Counted from the stretch's first letter, positions 8,978-18,886 are shown. The stretch: DNA of 45,180 bases from a virus (IMGVR_UViG_3300028586_000032:1-45180); one strand, 5' to 3'. Numbers and translations: made by a program. Notes: generated by a model from the letters alone, not told the origin.

Positions 8978-9901
8978 TCAGCCCGCCGCTTTGATCAGAA
9001 ACAGAATCGCGGCAGCGGTTTGCTGGACCATATATTCCGCAAAGTGTTTCTCAACGACCCGCGGAGCCGTGCCCGCTCCATGGCCACCTTCGTTATTCCG
9101 CATCGTTGGAATGCCCTGCAGGACGGACCTTAGCCCTGTGAACTGGGATTGCAGATGCTGCGGAATGAGTTCCTTCTCGAACATCAGATTGATTAGCACT
9201 GCGGCGCGATCGCTCGGCTTCGTTACCCAACCCTTTTTAGCAGCAATGACTTTCAACGTGCTTTCAAGAGCGTTACCGCAATCCGCAATGCAGTCGTCAT
9301 AATTGCCACCACGCAACTCGGACAGAGCGTCCCTGAATTCCTGATCTACAGCGGCAAAGTCCTTGTCGGCTATTAGACCAAGAACAGGGGCGATAGCAGC
9401 ATCATAGATGAACTCCGAGGTGACCTCGATGACCTGACCCTTGTCGAACCGATAGCCAAAGCCATCCTCGGCCATTCTCGCGTTGATTTCACGAATGATG
9501 TTACGGATCTCGTCAGCAGGGCCGTAAGCCATATGCGGCTCTGTGGCTCGCAGCTCTCGAATATATTCGAAGGGGTAGGCGCAGGCAATCTCTACAGAGT
9601 CCACTCTCAAGTCGCGGCTTTCATCATTGAAATGGGTTTCCGACATCCACCACCAATAGAACTCCTCTTGAAAGGTGTTGCTATTGTTCAGCGCCATTAC
9701 GCCAAGCTCATTCCGTAAGTGGGCGATGAGCGCGCGAAAAAGCGGCTCACTCATGCTGTCCAAATGGTTGTCGATAACCTGAAACGCCTGAAAAAGCTGA
9801 TTGAGCAGCTTCGTGCCAAATGGAAATGTCCTCAGCTCGGCGGTCTTACCTTCCTGCTCGCGGATGCGCTTCCGACGTGAGTAAGTCTGAGGAAGAGCCA
9901 T
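8978..9901 (-). CDS. Abi_C/HEPN-like abortive infection protein (AbiJ-like N-terminus)
   Basis: ALESTLKVI...RNNEGGHG (R-N-x4-H) C-terminal motif; EINAR...GFGYRF..GQVI N-terminal pattern. Confidence 0.75.
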   Translation of the reverse strand: MALPQTYSRRKRIREQEGKTAELRTFPFGTKLLNQLFQAFQVIDNHLDSMSEPLFRALIAHLRNELGVMALNNSNTFQEEFYWWWMSETHFNDESRDLRVDSVEIACAYPFEYIRELRATEPHMAYGPADEIRNIIREINARMAEDGFGYRFDKGQVIEVTSEFIYDAAIAPVLGLIADKDFAAVDQEFRDALSELRGGNYDDCIADCGNALESTLKVIAAKKGWVTKPSDRAAVLINLMFEKELIPQHLQSQFTGLRSVLQGIPTMRNNEGGHGAGTAPRVVEKHFAEYMVQQTAAAILFLIKAAG

Positions 9902-9943
9902 TGGTGCCGTCCTGAAATATGATGTCAGCGATTAAATAGCTGT

Positions 9944-10489
9944 ATGGCACAAAAGAAACTACCCAAGCTGGACGAACAATCGAAGCGAGCGATCCAATAC
10001 GCGGCCCGGACCGCCGAGAGCGCGAAGACCCTGAGTGAGCTGGCAGATCGCAACCTAGCCGAGAGCGACACCAATGCGTGGCGTCGGGTGAGCGAGGAGC
10101 ACAAAGAGATCATTCTCTACCGCATTCGTGGTGGCCATATCCTCTCCACCGTCTGCCGTGAGATCGGTGTCGACCCCGCGACCATCCGCAACCTCGCGGC
10201 GATTGATGAGGAGTTCGACAAGCGCCTAGCCATCGCCAGTTCGCATGGGCAATCGGCTCAGGTCGAGAAGCTGTATGAGATCCCCTACGACACCACTCTG
10301 AGTGACGCGGCCAAGAAGCTGCTCAGCGACAACATCAAATGGATCGCGGCTCGATCCAACCGCAAGGCATGGGGCGACAGCCTACAGGTGGACCAGAACG
10401 TCGCTGTATCAGTGTCCATGCCCCAGTGGGGCCTTGGTGGACCGGTCATCGATGGCAGTGTTATCGGAGATCCAGAGCAAGATGATTAA
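9944..10489 (+). CDS. terS: Terminase small subunit
   Basis: HTH-like LSTVCREIGVDPATI; IKWIAARSNRKAWGD resembles Sf6-type TerS C-terminal motif. Confidence 0.75.
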   Translation: MAQKKLPKLDEQSKRAIQYAARTAESAKTLSELADRNLAESDTNAWRRVSEEHKEIILYRIRGGHILSTVCREIGVDPATIRNLAAIDEEFDKRLAIASSHGQSAQVEKLYEIPYDTTLSDAAKKLLSDNIKWIAARSNRKAWGDSLQVDQNVAVSVSMPQWGLGGPVIDGSVIGDPEQDD

Positions 10490-10561
10490 CGGACATCTAA
10501 AGTCTTCAGTAGATTGGACCAGTGGACGACTATACAAGCATGATAACCAAAGGGGCTTGTC

Positions 10562-10741
10562 ATGCAGTTGTATTTGATCGTTGACAACACAGACTACCAC
10601 AACTGGCTGGGCAACCTCATGCGGGCCATTTACCACACTTCCGGTGAGCCAATGCCTCAGGACTTAAAAGACCTCATTCTCAGCATCGACGCAGACGAGG
10701 TAGAGCAGCATCTGTGCCGTGCAATGGCTCTGGGTCTCTAA
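10562..10741 (+). CDS. Small hypothetical protein (59 aa, below ORF-track cutoff)
   Basis: MQLYLIVDNTDYHNWLGNLMRAIY...RAMALGL*, AAAGGGG SD. Confidence 0.55.
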   Translation: MQLYLIVDNTDYHNWLGNLMRAIYHTSGEPMPQDLKDLILSIDADEVEQHLCRAMALGL

Positions 10742-11525
10742 TACGTCACTGATGCCCTGTAAGGGTCTGTGAGGGTCAAGGGCTGGCCCTAGGGTAGTTG
10801 GGTAGCTGAGCGCCCCTCAGACCCTGTGCAACGCTCATGTTCTGGCCCCCGATCAGTCAATCAGCAGGTGTGTTATCTAGGTAGTATGGCCACTGTGGCG
10901 GTAGTCTCACTTGAGACTATGTGGACCTAGATCGGAAGTCATACCTCCACCCTAGCAAACTAACATCAGTAGACAAACCGTCAGCCAGAATGCGACGAGT
11001 CGTTGAACTCTTTTGTTGTCTGGATCTGCAAAGAGTCACGCTCCTGCTCAGTCACACTATACTCACAATAGAGCAAATCAACCACTCATTGATGGTATGG
11101 ACAATCTATCTAAACCAGACCACATGGCGGTCGGTTGAGTGATAGATATCTTTCGTCAAGCCCCAAAGATATAATGACCTGGCTTGCTCTTTGACAGGTG
11201 CGGCAACATAGTGAATGGGTAGTAGAGCAACCTCCTACCCAGACCCATATGGCACCCCAAACACCAACGGCTCGCCGCAAAGATAAAAAGATATCTAGGT
11301 GACTGCCTGAGCGGTTGATTTGCAGAGTCGCGGCTATAGTGTGACTGGTAGAGGTGCGACTTGGTTGATTGAACTGATATTCAGAAAAGAACGCGTCAAG
11401 GCCAAAGATCGGCTGCTCTTTGGATCAGGTGAGTTGGTGGAGGGCATACGCCCCTTTCTCACGGTGCCCTGCGAGTCTCAGGATTTCTACTTTGGCCCCT
11501 CAGAAAGTGGGCTATCCTCCGCGCC

Positions 11526-12149
11526 ATGGTCGAGTTTTGTTTCAACATGCGGGGTTATGCTTTCCAACGTGGCTTGGAGGATATGCGCCGCGCCTACGAT
11601 GCCACGATGAATGTCCTCCATCTGCATGAGGAGAACGCTCAGGACGACCTATTGCTGACAAGGCGGCTGATCGAGCAGGGGGACAAATATCCCTATGAGG
11701 TCGATGAGTCCGGAGAACACCTCTATCTCCACGAAGCCCTGCATGAAATGACCATTGAGCAGAACGCCAATGCTCGCCGGATCGCGCTAAACGCCTACAT
11801 CGTAATGCTTCACCACTACTGGGAGAAAGCAGTGGACGATTGGCGATTGGCAAAGCGTGGCAACAACTACAAGGCGGGCCGTGAGTATGATTGGCTGGAG
11901 GCCGTAGGGCTGGCCCCCGATCGTCCTGCACTCGAGTTCTTGCGTAAGGCGTCTAACACAATCAAGCACAATAACCCCGAACTGTTCAACGACCTGCCGA
12001 CCCTCTTCGCAGCCAGCAAGGGCAACGCATACCGACCCGACTACGCTGAGGCCCTGCGACTTACCGAGCAGCATTTTACAGGTTTGTATGAGGCGGTGTT
12101 GGCTTCCGGCTTACAAATCGACAGCATGGTCGAACTACCAAGGTCCTAG
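11526..12149 (+). CDS. HEPN-like helical protein
   Basis: LHHYWE and LRKASNTIKH motif resembling HEPN N-x-x-K-H variants. Confidence 0.55.
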   Translation: MVEFCFNMRGYAFQRGLEDMRRAYDATMNVLHLHEENAQDDLLLTRRLIEQGDKYPYEVDESGEHLYLHEALHEMTIEQNANARRIALNAYIVMLHHYWEKAVDDWRLAKRGNNYKAGREYDWLEAVGLAPDRPALEFLRKASNTIKHNNPELFNDLPTLFAASKGNAYRPDYAEALRLTEQHFTGLYEAVLASGLQIDSMVELPRS

Positions 12150-12369
12150 AATACTTTCTTACTTTTTAAGAGTTAGCTTTGATTACAGCCGCTATTGTGG
12201 TAGTATTCGAGGGTTGGAGCGAGGGCCTATGTGCTGATTCCCAGCAGGGCCAATATGCCGCCAACGATGAAACTCTTGAGGAGATCGGGCATTATGAACG
12301 CCAGAAAGTCAAATAGTCGGAAGCGGAGCCGCCAAAATACTATGGTGCAAAAATCTGCTCGGAAGACGC

Positions 12370-12447
12370 AGGACACCGGTTCTGCTGATCGGGCCACTTC
12401 TCTTGGAACAACTGTTTCGCTGGCCCAATCAGCAGAACCGGTGTCCT
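12370..12447. repeat. 27-bp inverted repeat (1 mismatch) with 24-nt spacer
   Basis: aggacaccggttctgctgatcgggcca (12370-12396) versus tggcccaatcagcagaaccggtgtcct (12421-12447). Confidence 0.95.
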
Positions 12448-12508
12448 AGTAATCAACTACGCGATGCTCCGAGGCTACCAATCACTCTAAAAACCGTCAA
12501 GCGATTTC

Positions 12509-12523
12509 GTTCCCCGCTTGTTC
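12509..12523. promoter_or_regulatory. Alphaproteobacterial LexA box next to a minus-strand sigma70-like promoter
   Basis: GTTC-cccgctt-GTTC; TTGACG-N17-TAGCCT on minus strand at 12500-12472. Confidence 0.6.
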
Positions 12524-12543
12524 TTTTCTAGCAGCCTGAGCCT

Positions 12544-13404
12544 TTACGGCAACACCTGTTCCGGTCGTCTGCCATCCCACTTTCCTGCCCATTCATCCAG
12601 TTTGCTGCCAAGCCCCGCGATCCGGTCAACCTGGCCTTGGAAGTGCCGGCGATGCTCATGCGTATCCCGCTGTCCGGTCCTGCAATAACGGGCTTCCATC
12701 ATGCTTCGGCCCTCCAGATAAGCCGTCAACATCAGCACGGGCGTCGTCATGCCACTACGCCATGCTTCCCAGCGGATCGCATCTTTATGCCCCTGCCATG
12801 TCAGGAACTGATGAGCTGCAAAGGGCAATACGGCTTCATTCGCGGGTAGATCATCGGGCAGTTCGTCAGGCGTTGGAAATGGCACGACCTGATAGCCCTG
12901 CCGGTCCTGCTCGTTCAGAACCCGGCCCCGATCCCTGAGGTTAGCCAGCAAGTCGATATGCTCTTCCCGCTCACCCGCTAGGCTCGCGTGGACAACCTGC
13001 GTCCAGATAGCACCCTGAGGGTCACTGAGCAGCCGATCCCGCCCATACAGCTTCTCGGCTTTGTCCCTGACTGCCCTGTGCTGCTCGCGGGTCAGCCGCA
13101 TCACGACGTAGCCGTCCAGCTTCTCGTCCCTGAGGAGATCGATCGGCGCGACATCATTGGCCGCAACGCCGTGGTAAGCCGGTGTGCCACGTCGAAACTG
13201 CCTTCGGAAGTCATTCGCGGTGCGTCCGCAGGCCAGCAACACCACGGGATGCTCAACCGCGCTTTCGCGGATTACCGCGTCTAACTGTTCCGTCGTGCCT
13301 GTCGTGCGGGCCGTCTGTCGCGCGTGGACGATCTGATCGCCGTATTGCTCAGTGGGCCGCTTGGTCCGCTGGACGTGGAAATAGCGTTGGTCGCTCGATC
13401 TCAC
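12544..13404 (-). CDS. Hypothetical protein (286 aa)
   Basis: Long ORF overlapping the stop of the upstream small ORF; no motif recognised. Confidence 0.7.
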   Translation of the reverse strand: MRSSDQRYFHVQRTKRPTEQYGDQIVHARQTARTTGTTEQLDAVIRESAVEHPVVLLACGRTANDFRRQFRRGTPAYHGVAANDVAPIDLLRDEKLDGYVVMRLTREQHRAVRDKAEKLYGRDRLLSDPQGAIWTQVVHASLAGEREEHIDLLANLRDRGRVLNEQDRQGYQVVPFPTPDELPDDLPANEAVLPFAAHQFLTWQGHKDAIRWEAWRSGMTTPVLMLTAYLEGRSMMEARYCRTGQRDTHEHRRHFQGQVDRIAGLGSKLDEWAGKWDGRRPEQVLP

Positions 13405-13616
13405 GGATTGAGGCGCTTGAGCCTTGCGATGTCTTTGGCCGTCTTGCCACTCATCAAGTCACCCTCTTTGCTGGCCGCGTCAGCGAACGCCTCGCCCTGA
13501 CCAGCTTTGACGCGACTTTCCACGCTGAGCAGTCGATCCAATTCCATCAGCCGACCTATGTCATCGACATCGCCGCCCAGAATCTCATCAACGCGCTTGC
13601 TCTTATCGCTCATCAT
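13401..13616 (-). CDS. Small hypothetical protein
   Basis: GAGG SD; GTGA overlap with downstream ORF. Confidence 0.6.
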   Translation of the reverse strand: MMSDKSKRVDEILGGDVDDIGRLMELDRLLSVESRVKAGQGEAFADAASKEGDLMSGKTAKDIARLKRLNP

Positions 13617-13847
13617 GGCCCTCACTCTGAGTGGCCCATGTGCCCTGACGGCGGTTTACAGATGGCTAATTAGGGGATGGAGCAACCCATCGATTTCCTC
13701 GCCCTGTTCCGCGCCTACGAACGCGATTTTGGCCGCTACGAACACCACGTCGACCTCATGGGATTAGCCGAAGCCCGAGCGCATCAGCGGGGCGAGAACG
13801 TGGGTGTCAGGGTTCGGCGCAGGGGTCGCAGCGCGGCTAAATAATGG

Positions 13848-14046
13848 ACCAGGGCGTGCTGCTAGTCTCCTATACAGTCCGTTTGTCGCGGGATCGTGGA
13901 CATGCCCTAGCTGCTCAGTTGATGGTTCCCGAGCGAAAGACTATCATGGCCCCAACTGAGTAAACGCGGTGCAGCATCGTCCCTTTGAGGGCATATACCG
14001 TCTAAGCTAGGGAACGACAGAAATGGCCGGGGCAACCCGGCCATTT
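13848..14046 (+). ncRNA. Candidate structured ncRNA (~200 nt)
   Basis: TAAATA at 13838, three predicted stems, terminator-like hairpin aaatggccggg-gcaa-cccggccattt at 14021-14046. Confidence 0.55.
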
Positions 14047-14323
14047 GCACCTCTGATCCCCTGAGAAGCCCTACGAGGGTCTAGCCGCCTCAGCAGTTAT
14101 CCTGACATCCGCGGCCTGCGTCGGCAGCGCGTCGGTTGCCCACAGGGCAAGTAGAGCCAGCACTGACGCTGCCACGACATCGCGCCACCCCAAGGGCTTA
14201 ATTGCACTCCCGACCATTACCATTCTCCCGTTGCTTGCGGCGATTCGTATTGTCGCAGGTAAGTCGCGTCATCCGCTAAGGTGACTCAAGCAATGAAAAG
14301 CACTGCATCCTCTTAAATATGGG

Positions 14324-15712
14324 ATGACAGAGCCATTCTACCGCAAAGAGTTCAATCCCAACCCCAAGCAACAGCGTCTTAACCAGATCATCTGGCATGA
14401 TCCTGTGGTTGAGAACGTGCTGGCCTACGGCCCCAGCCGATCGGGCAAAAGCGCCATCATCACTGCGAATATCATCAACCGGGCTATCGCTTATCCGGGC
14501 ACCAAGCACGCCATCTTTCGTCTAACGATGCGAAGCTGCCGCAGTCACTTGTTCAACGGCACGTTCCCCGAAATCATGAAGATGATCTACCCCGACCTTT
14601 GGGAGTGGATGCAAAAAAACAACAAGGTCAACCGCGCTGAAAGCTGGGTCGAGTTCCCCAATGGCAGCAAGATCCACTTCGAGGGCCTTGATCCCAACAA
14701 CATCGATAAAGTCCTAGGCGCTCAATACGCAACCGCGTGGGTCAACGAGTGCAACGAAGTTCAGGACTACGATATTATCCAGCAGTTGGCCTCACGTATG
14801 GCCGATACTGCGCCATTGGTTGACGGCAACACCGGCAAACCCATCCTAGATGCTCAGGGCCAGCTTCAAATGCTGCGGCCCTTGATGATTTTCGATTGCA
14901 ATCCAGACGTAAAGACCGATTGGGACTACCTCTGCTTCAAAGCCAAGCAGCATCCGCTAACCGGGAAGCCGTTCAAGCCTGAGGCGCTGGCCAAATGGCG
15001 TAGGGTCAAGCTGCCCACGTCGGAGAATGCCCAGAATATCGCCAAGGGCTACGTTGAGGGCTTGGAAGACCGTTACGACGGCTCGCCCGACATGGCCGCT
15101 CGTTTTCTTGAGGGCGAATGGCGCGACGACAACCCGGACGCGCTGTTCCGCAAGAGCATGTTCAAATACCGGGAGCGTCCTGCCGACGATTACCTGCTTC
15201 GCATCATCGTGGCTGTCGATCCCGCTGGCAGCAATGGCAATAACAGCGACAGCACGGGTATCTGCGTCGTCGGTTTGGGAATGGATGGCTGCGCCTACAT
15301 TCTCGAAGACGCCAGCCTCAAGGGCACCCCTGAGCAGTGGGCAAAGAAGGTCGGAGAACTCTACGACAGCTACGGCGCAGACCTCGTAGTCGCGGAGAAG
15401 AACTACGGCGGTCAGATGGTCGAGCATACGATCCGCACCTATCGCCGCAATATGCCCGTAAAGATGGTCAACGCCAGCCGTGGCAAGTTGATTCGCGCCG
15501 AGCCTGTCGCGATGGCCTATCATCAAGGCAAGGTCTTCCACACTGACACTTTCAAGGAACTTGAAAGCCAGATGTGTGCCTACAAGCCCGAGACGAAGAA
15601 GTCGCCGGATAGAATGGACGCGCTTGTCTGGGGTGTCAGTGAAGTTCTAAAAATCGGCGCGAGCAGTGGCGCAATGGTGAGGCGTAGCGGACCAAAACTG
15701 CCGGGCTGCTAG
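14324..15712 (+). CDS. terL: Terminase large subunit
   Basis: Walker A GPSRSGKS, WVNE Walker B region, DCNP coupling motif, nuclease VAVDPAG...SDSTG and SPDRMDALVW. Confidence 0.95.
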   Translation: MTEPFYRKEFNPNPKQQRLNQIIWHDPVVENVLAYGPSRSGKSAIITANIINRAIAYPGTKHAIFRLTMRSCRSHLFNGTFPEIMKMIYPDLWEWMQKNNKVNRAESWVEFPNGSKIHFEGLDPNNIDKVLGAQYATAWVNECNEVQDYDIIQQLASRMADTAPLVDGNTGKPILDAQGQLQMLRPLMIFDCNPDVKTDWDYLCFKAKQHPLTGKPFKPEALAKWRRVKLPTSENAQNIAKGYVEGLEDRYDGSPDMAARFLEGEWRDDNPDALFRKSMFKYRERPADDYLLRIIVAVDPAGSNGNNSDSTGICVVGLGMDGCAYILEDASLKGTPEQWAKKVGELYDSYGADLVVAEKNYGGQMVEHTIRTYRRNMPVKMVNASRGKLIRAEPVAMAYHQGKVFHTDTFKELESQMCAYKPETKKSPDRMDALVWGVSEVLKIGASSGAMVRRSGPKLPGC

Positions 15713-15750
15713 TCTCAATAAATACCCGACAATCCAGTCGAGGTATCTAC

Positions 15751-17124
15751 GTGGCAATTAATCTGAGGTGTTCTAGCCTTTCGCAGCATCTGAATCGTTG
15801 GACGACTGCTCGCGATGTAATCGAGGGCACCTACAAGGTCCGTGCAAAGGGCGAGGCTTATTTGCCCTTGGCCTTCGCTACTCAGGACGCCGCAAGCTAC
15901 GCCCGATACCTCAAGCAAGTCAGCTTCTACCCAGCAGCCAACCGGACCGCCGACGGTATCGTTGGCCTGATGATGCGCCGCGATCCCGTGATGGAAACGA
16001 CGGGTCTGCTCAAGGAAATCAAGAACGTCATCACCAGCCACGGTGACAGCGTTGAAGAGCTGGCCCGTCAGGTATGCCGCGAGGTGCTGACCACCAACTA
16101 TTGCGGCCTCCTGACCGATTACCCAGCGGGCACGGCGAGCAGCCTTGGCGCAGCGATCGATGAGGGCATTCGTCCCTTCGTGAACCTCTACAAAGCCGAG
16201 AACATCCTAGAGTGTAAGCCGGGTGTGGTCCGCAATCGTCGCGTGCCTGTGCGTGTCAGGTTGCAGGACGACGATTGCACGGTTCGTCTGTTGGAAATGC
16301 GCGCAGGCCGCGTGGTTGTGAAGGTCTATCGCACGGACGAAAACGGCGTCTTCCCTATGGAAGACAGCCCCACCGAGACCTACGAACCCACGGCCAATGG
16401 TCGCTACCTGACCGAGATCCCATTCGACCTGATCACCACCGATAATAGCTTCACTCCGAGTGGCGCACCCCTCGATAACGTCGTGACCCTGAACCTCGAC
16501 CACTACGTGATGTCCGGCGCCCTAACGACGCACATCATCTTCGGCATCAGTCCAATGCTCTTCATCAGCGGCATTGAGGGCAAGGAAGGTGACACGCTCT
16601 CTTGGGCACCCGGCGCAATCTACACGTCGGAAAAGCCTGAAGCTCGCGCGCAGGTGCTGTCCGTCCCCGCAGACGCTGCCGTTCCAATCGAGCACGCCAT
16701 TCAGGCCTATGAGGACCGCCTAGCCGCCATCGCAAGCCGCATCCTAGCTCGCCAGAAATCCGTTGCAGAAGCAGCGGAAACCGAGGCCGTCCGACAGGGC
16801 GCAGAGAACAGCGTTCTGGCCATGATCGCCAACACCGTCAGTGCCCACATGGAGCGCGCATTGGCTCGCGTGTCGGCCTTTACCGATAACGCTGCCGTCC
16901 GCTTCCAGATCAACACAGACTACCTGCCCACGAACATCAGCCCACAGGAAATCACTGCACTGTTGGGTCTGCGTTCTGCAAACGAACTCAGCGCAAAGAG
17001 CCTCTTCTACAAGTTGCGCGACGGCGGCGTTTACAACGAAACCCTGACCTTCGAAGAAGAGCAGACGCGCATCGCTGAGATTCAAGCCACGCTAGTTACG
17101 GCTCCACCTCCACCGAGCATCTAA
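15751..17124 (+). CDS. Portal protein (DUF4055-like)
   Basis: Follows TerL; GEAYLP, Y..YL...SFY, AETE, INTDY patterns; 457 aa. Confidence 0.88.
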   Translation: MAINLRCSSLSQHLNRWTTARDVIEGTYKVRAKGEAYLPLAFATQDAASYARYLKQVSFYPAANRTADGIVGLMMRRDPVMETTGLLKEIKNVITSHGDSVEELARQVCREVLTTNYCGLLTDYPAGTASSLGAAIDEGIRPFVNLYKAENILECKPGVVRNRRVPVRVRLQDDDCTVRLLEMRAGRVVVKVYRTDENGVFPMEDSPTETYEPTANGRYLTEIPFDLITTDNSFTPSGAPLDNVVTLNLDHYVMSGALTTHIIFGISPMLFISGIEGKEGDTLSWAPGAIYTSEKPEARAQVLSVPADAAVPIEHAIQAYEDRLAAIASRILARQKSVAEAAETEAVRQGAENSVLAMIANTVSAHMERALARVSAFTDNAAVRFQINTDYLPTNISPQEITALLGLRSANELSAKSLFYKLRDGGVYNETLTFEEEQTRIAEIQATLVTAPPPPSI

Positions 17125-17218
17125 TCCCAGCCCCCAGCTAAATAGCTCGTGCTGTTTGGGACAGCATGAGACGCGGCAGGGCCGCAACCTATGAAGCCTT
17201 GGGGGCTGAAAGGATTAC

Positions 17219-17848
17219 ATGACTACAGAAAACACCAATACGGATATCTCGACCGAAGATACCGGCCTCAAGAACAAGAACGCTGAACTCAAGCGCGAAC
17301 GTGACGAATTCAAGCGTCAGCTTGCCGATCTCCAGCGTGAGCGAGACAGCGCAGCCGCTCAGCGCGAGCGCGATGACAAAGACATCACGGCTCTGGAAGC
17401 CCGCTTGAAGCGCGAACACACTGCCGCGCTCAAGGCCGTTGAGGATGAGCGCGACCAGCTTGCAAACGACCTCAAGGAAGTTCGCATCAACAACGAAATC
17501 AAGACGGCGATCACCAATGGGAAGGTCATGCCTGAATGGGCTGAACTCGTGGAATCGCATCTGCTACGCCGTGTCACATACGAGGACGGCGTTGCGACGA
17601 TTGAAGGCAAGTCGATTGCCGATGCTGCAAAAGCATACCTCAAAACACCAACCGGTTTGAAGACCGTAAGCGCACCTGAAAGCAGCGGCAGCGGTTCCAC
17701 AGGCGCGATCGCAGTTGATACCTCGGGCTGGAGCAATGCTCCAAGCACTGCCGATGAATACACCCGCTACATGAAACTAACGGTTTCCGATCCAGCGGCG
17801 GCAACATCGCTTGCTGACAAGTGGAATCGTCCAGACTTGAAGCCCTGA
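17219..17848 (+). CDS. Head scaffolding protein
   Basis: GLKNKNAELK coiled coil, SGSGS near C-terminus, between portal and capsid. Confidence 0.8.
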   Translation: MTTENTNTDISTEDTGLKNKNAELKRERDEFKRQLADLQRERDSAAAQRERDDKDITALEARLKREHTAALKAVEDERDQLANDLKEVRINNEIKTAITNGKVMPEWAELVESHLLRRVTYEDGVATIEGKSIADAAKAYLKTPTGLKTVSAPESSGSGSTGAIAVDTSGWSNAPSTADEYTRYMKLTVSDPAAATSLADKWNRPDLKP

Positions 17849-17947
17849 ACAAGCCAAATCAGTCATCAGCATAAATACCCGTGAGCCAGAAAACGGCTCA
17901 CGGCCCTTCGATTATTGGGTCGTTCAACCCAATAGTTGAGGTATCGA

Positions 17948-18886
17948 ATGACTACACAGACCCGCATTGCGGACCTAGTAGCAAACCCCGGCGTGCTCTC
18001 GAATGTAGTCACGCAGGCGTTTCGCGTAAAGAACTCCCTTATCACTTCCGGCGTTGCAGTCGGTGGCCCAGAAGTCGACATGCTGATGACCGGTGGTTCG
18101 CAGATGCAGGGCCTGAACTTCATCAACAAGGTCGACACCAGCACCTTTAACTACTCGTCGGATGACTTCGATGAGAAGGGTCCAGTTGGTAAGATCACCG
18201 CAGGCAGCTACATGGCTCTGCGTCACGACATCAACTGGGGTTGGGCTTACACCGACCTCGTTAAAATGATCACCAAGTATGACGTTCGCGGCGGTCTGGT
18301 TTCGGCCATCCCAATGTATTGGTCGGAAGTCGCTGAGAACCTCGCTGTCGCGTCCATGAAGGGCGTGCTGGCAAAGACCGCTGCTCTGACGACCGGCGCA
18401 GTCGCTGACGCGTTCGACCTCGACAAGCTGATTGATGCAGCTTCCACGATGGACGACCCACGCGCTCAGAAGACCCTGTTTATCTCGCGTAAGACCCTCG
18501 CGAAGCTACAGAAGGCCAACCGCAACGCATACGTTCCAGCAGCAGACACCGATCTCGGTTTCGACCAGTTCGCTGGCTACAACCTCATCATCACCGAGAC
18601 GTTCGGTGACAACCTGACCGTTGTCGCACAGAACGGCGCTCTGGCATTTGGTGCAGGTCTGGTCCCCGGCGAAGTCGGCATGGAAATCGACCGCGATCCA
18701 AACGCCGGTAACGGTGGTGGTGGTGAAATCCTCCGCACCCGCCTGTCGGTTGTCGTTGCTCCACAGGGCTTCAGCTACACTGGCGCTGCAAAGCCCGGCA
18801 TCACTGGCCTGGCTACCGCTGCAAACTGGAATCAGGTTGCAGACACGACGCTCATCGGCTTCCGCGCTGTAAAGCACTCGGCCTAA
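17948..18886 (+). CDS. Major capsid protein
   Basis: TRIADL start, NSLITSG, EIDRD...GGG..L..R.....P.GFS, LATAANW; strong terminator downstream. Confidence 0.9.
   Translation: MTTQTRIADLVANPGVLSNVVTQAFRVKNSLITSGVAVGGPEVDMLMTGGSQMQGLNFINKVDTSTFNYSSDDFDEKGPVGKITAGSYMALRHDINWGWAYTDLVKMITKYDVRGGLVSAIPMYWSEVAENLAVASMKGVLAKTAALTTGAVADAFDLDKLIDAASTMDDPRAQKTLFISRKTLAKLQKANRNAYVPAADTDLGFDQFAGYNLIITETFGDNLTVVAQNGALAFGAGLVPGEVGMEIDRDPNAGNGGGGEILRTRLSVVVAPQGFSYTGAAKPGITGLATAANWNQVADTTLIGFRAVKHSA

Noticed and set aside
12231-12449. 72-aa plus-strand ORF across the long inverted repeat
   Set aside because: No recognisable features, and it runs through the hairpin; region better explained as an RNA element, though not excluded
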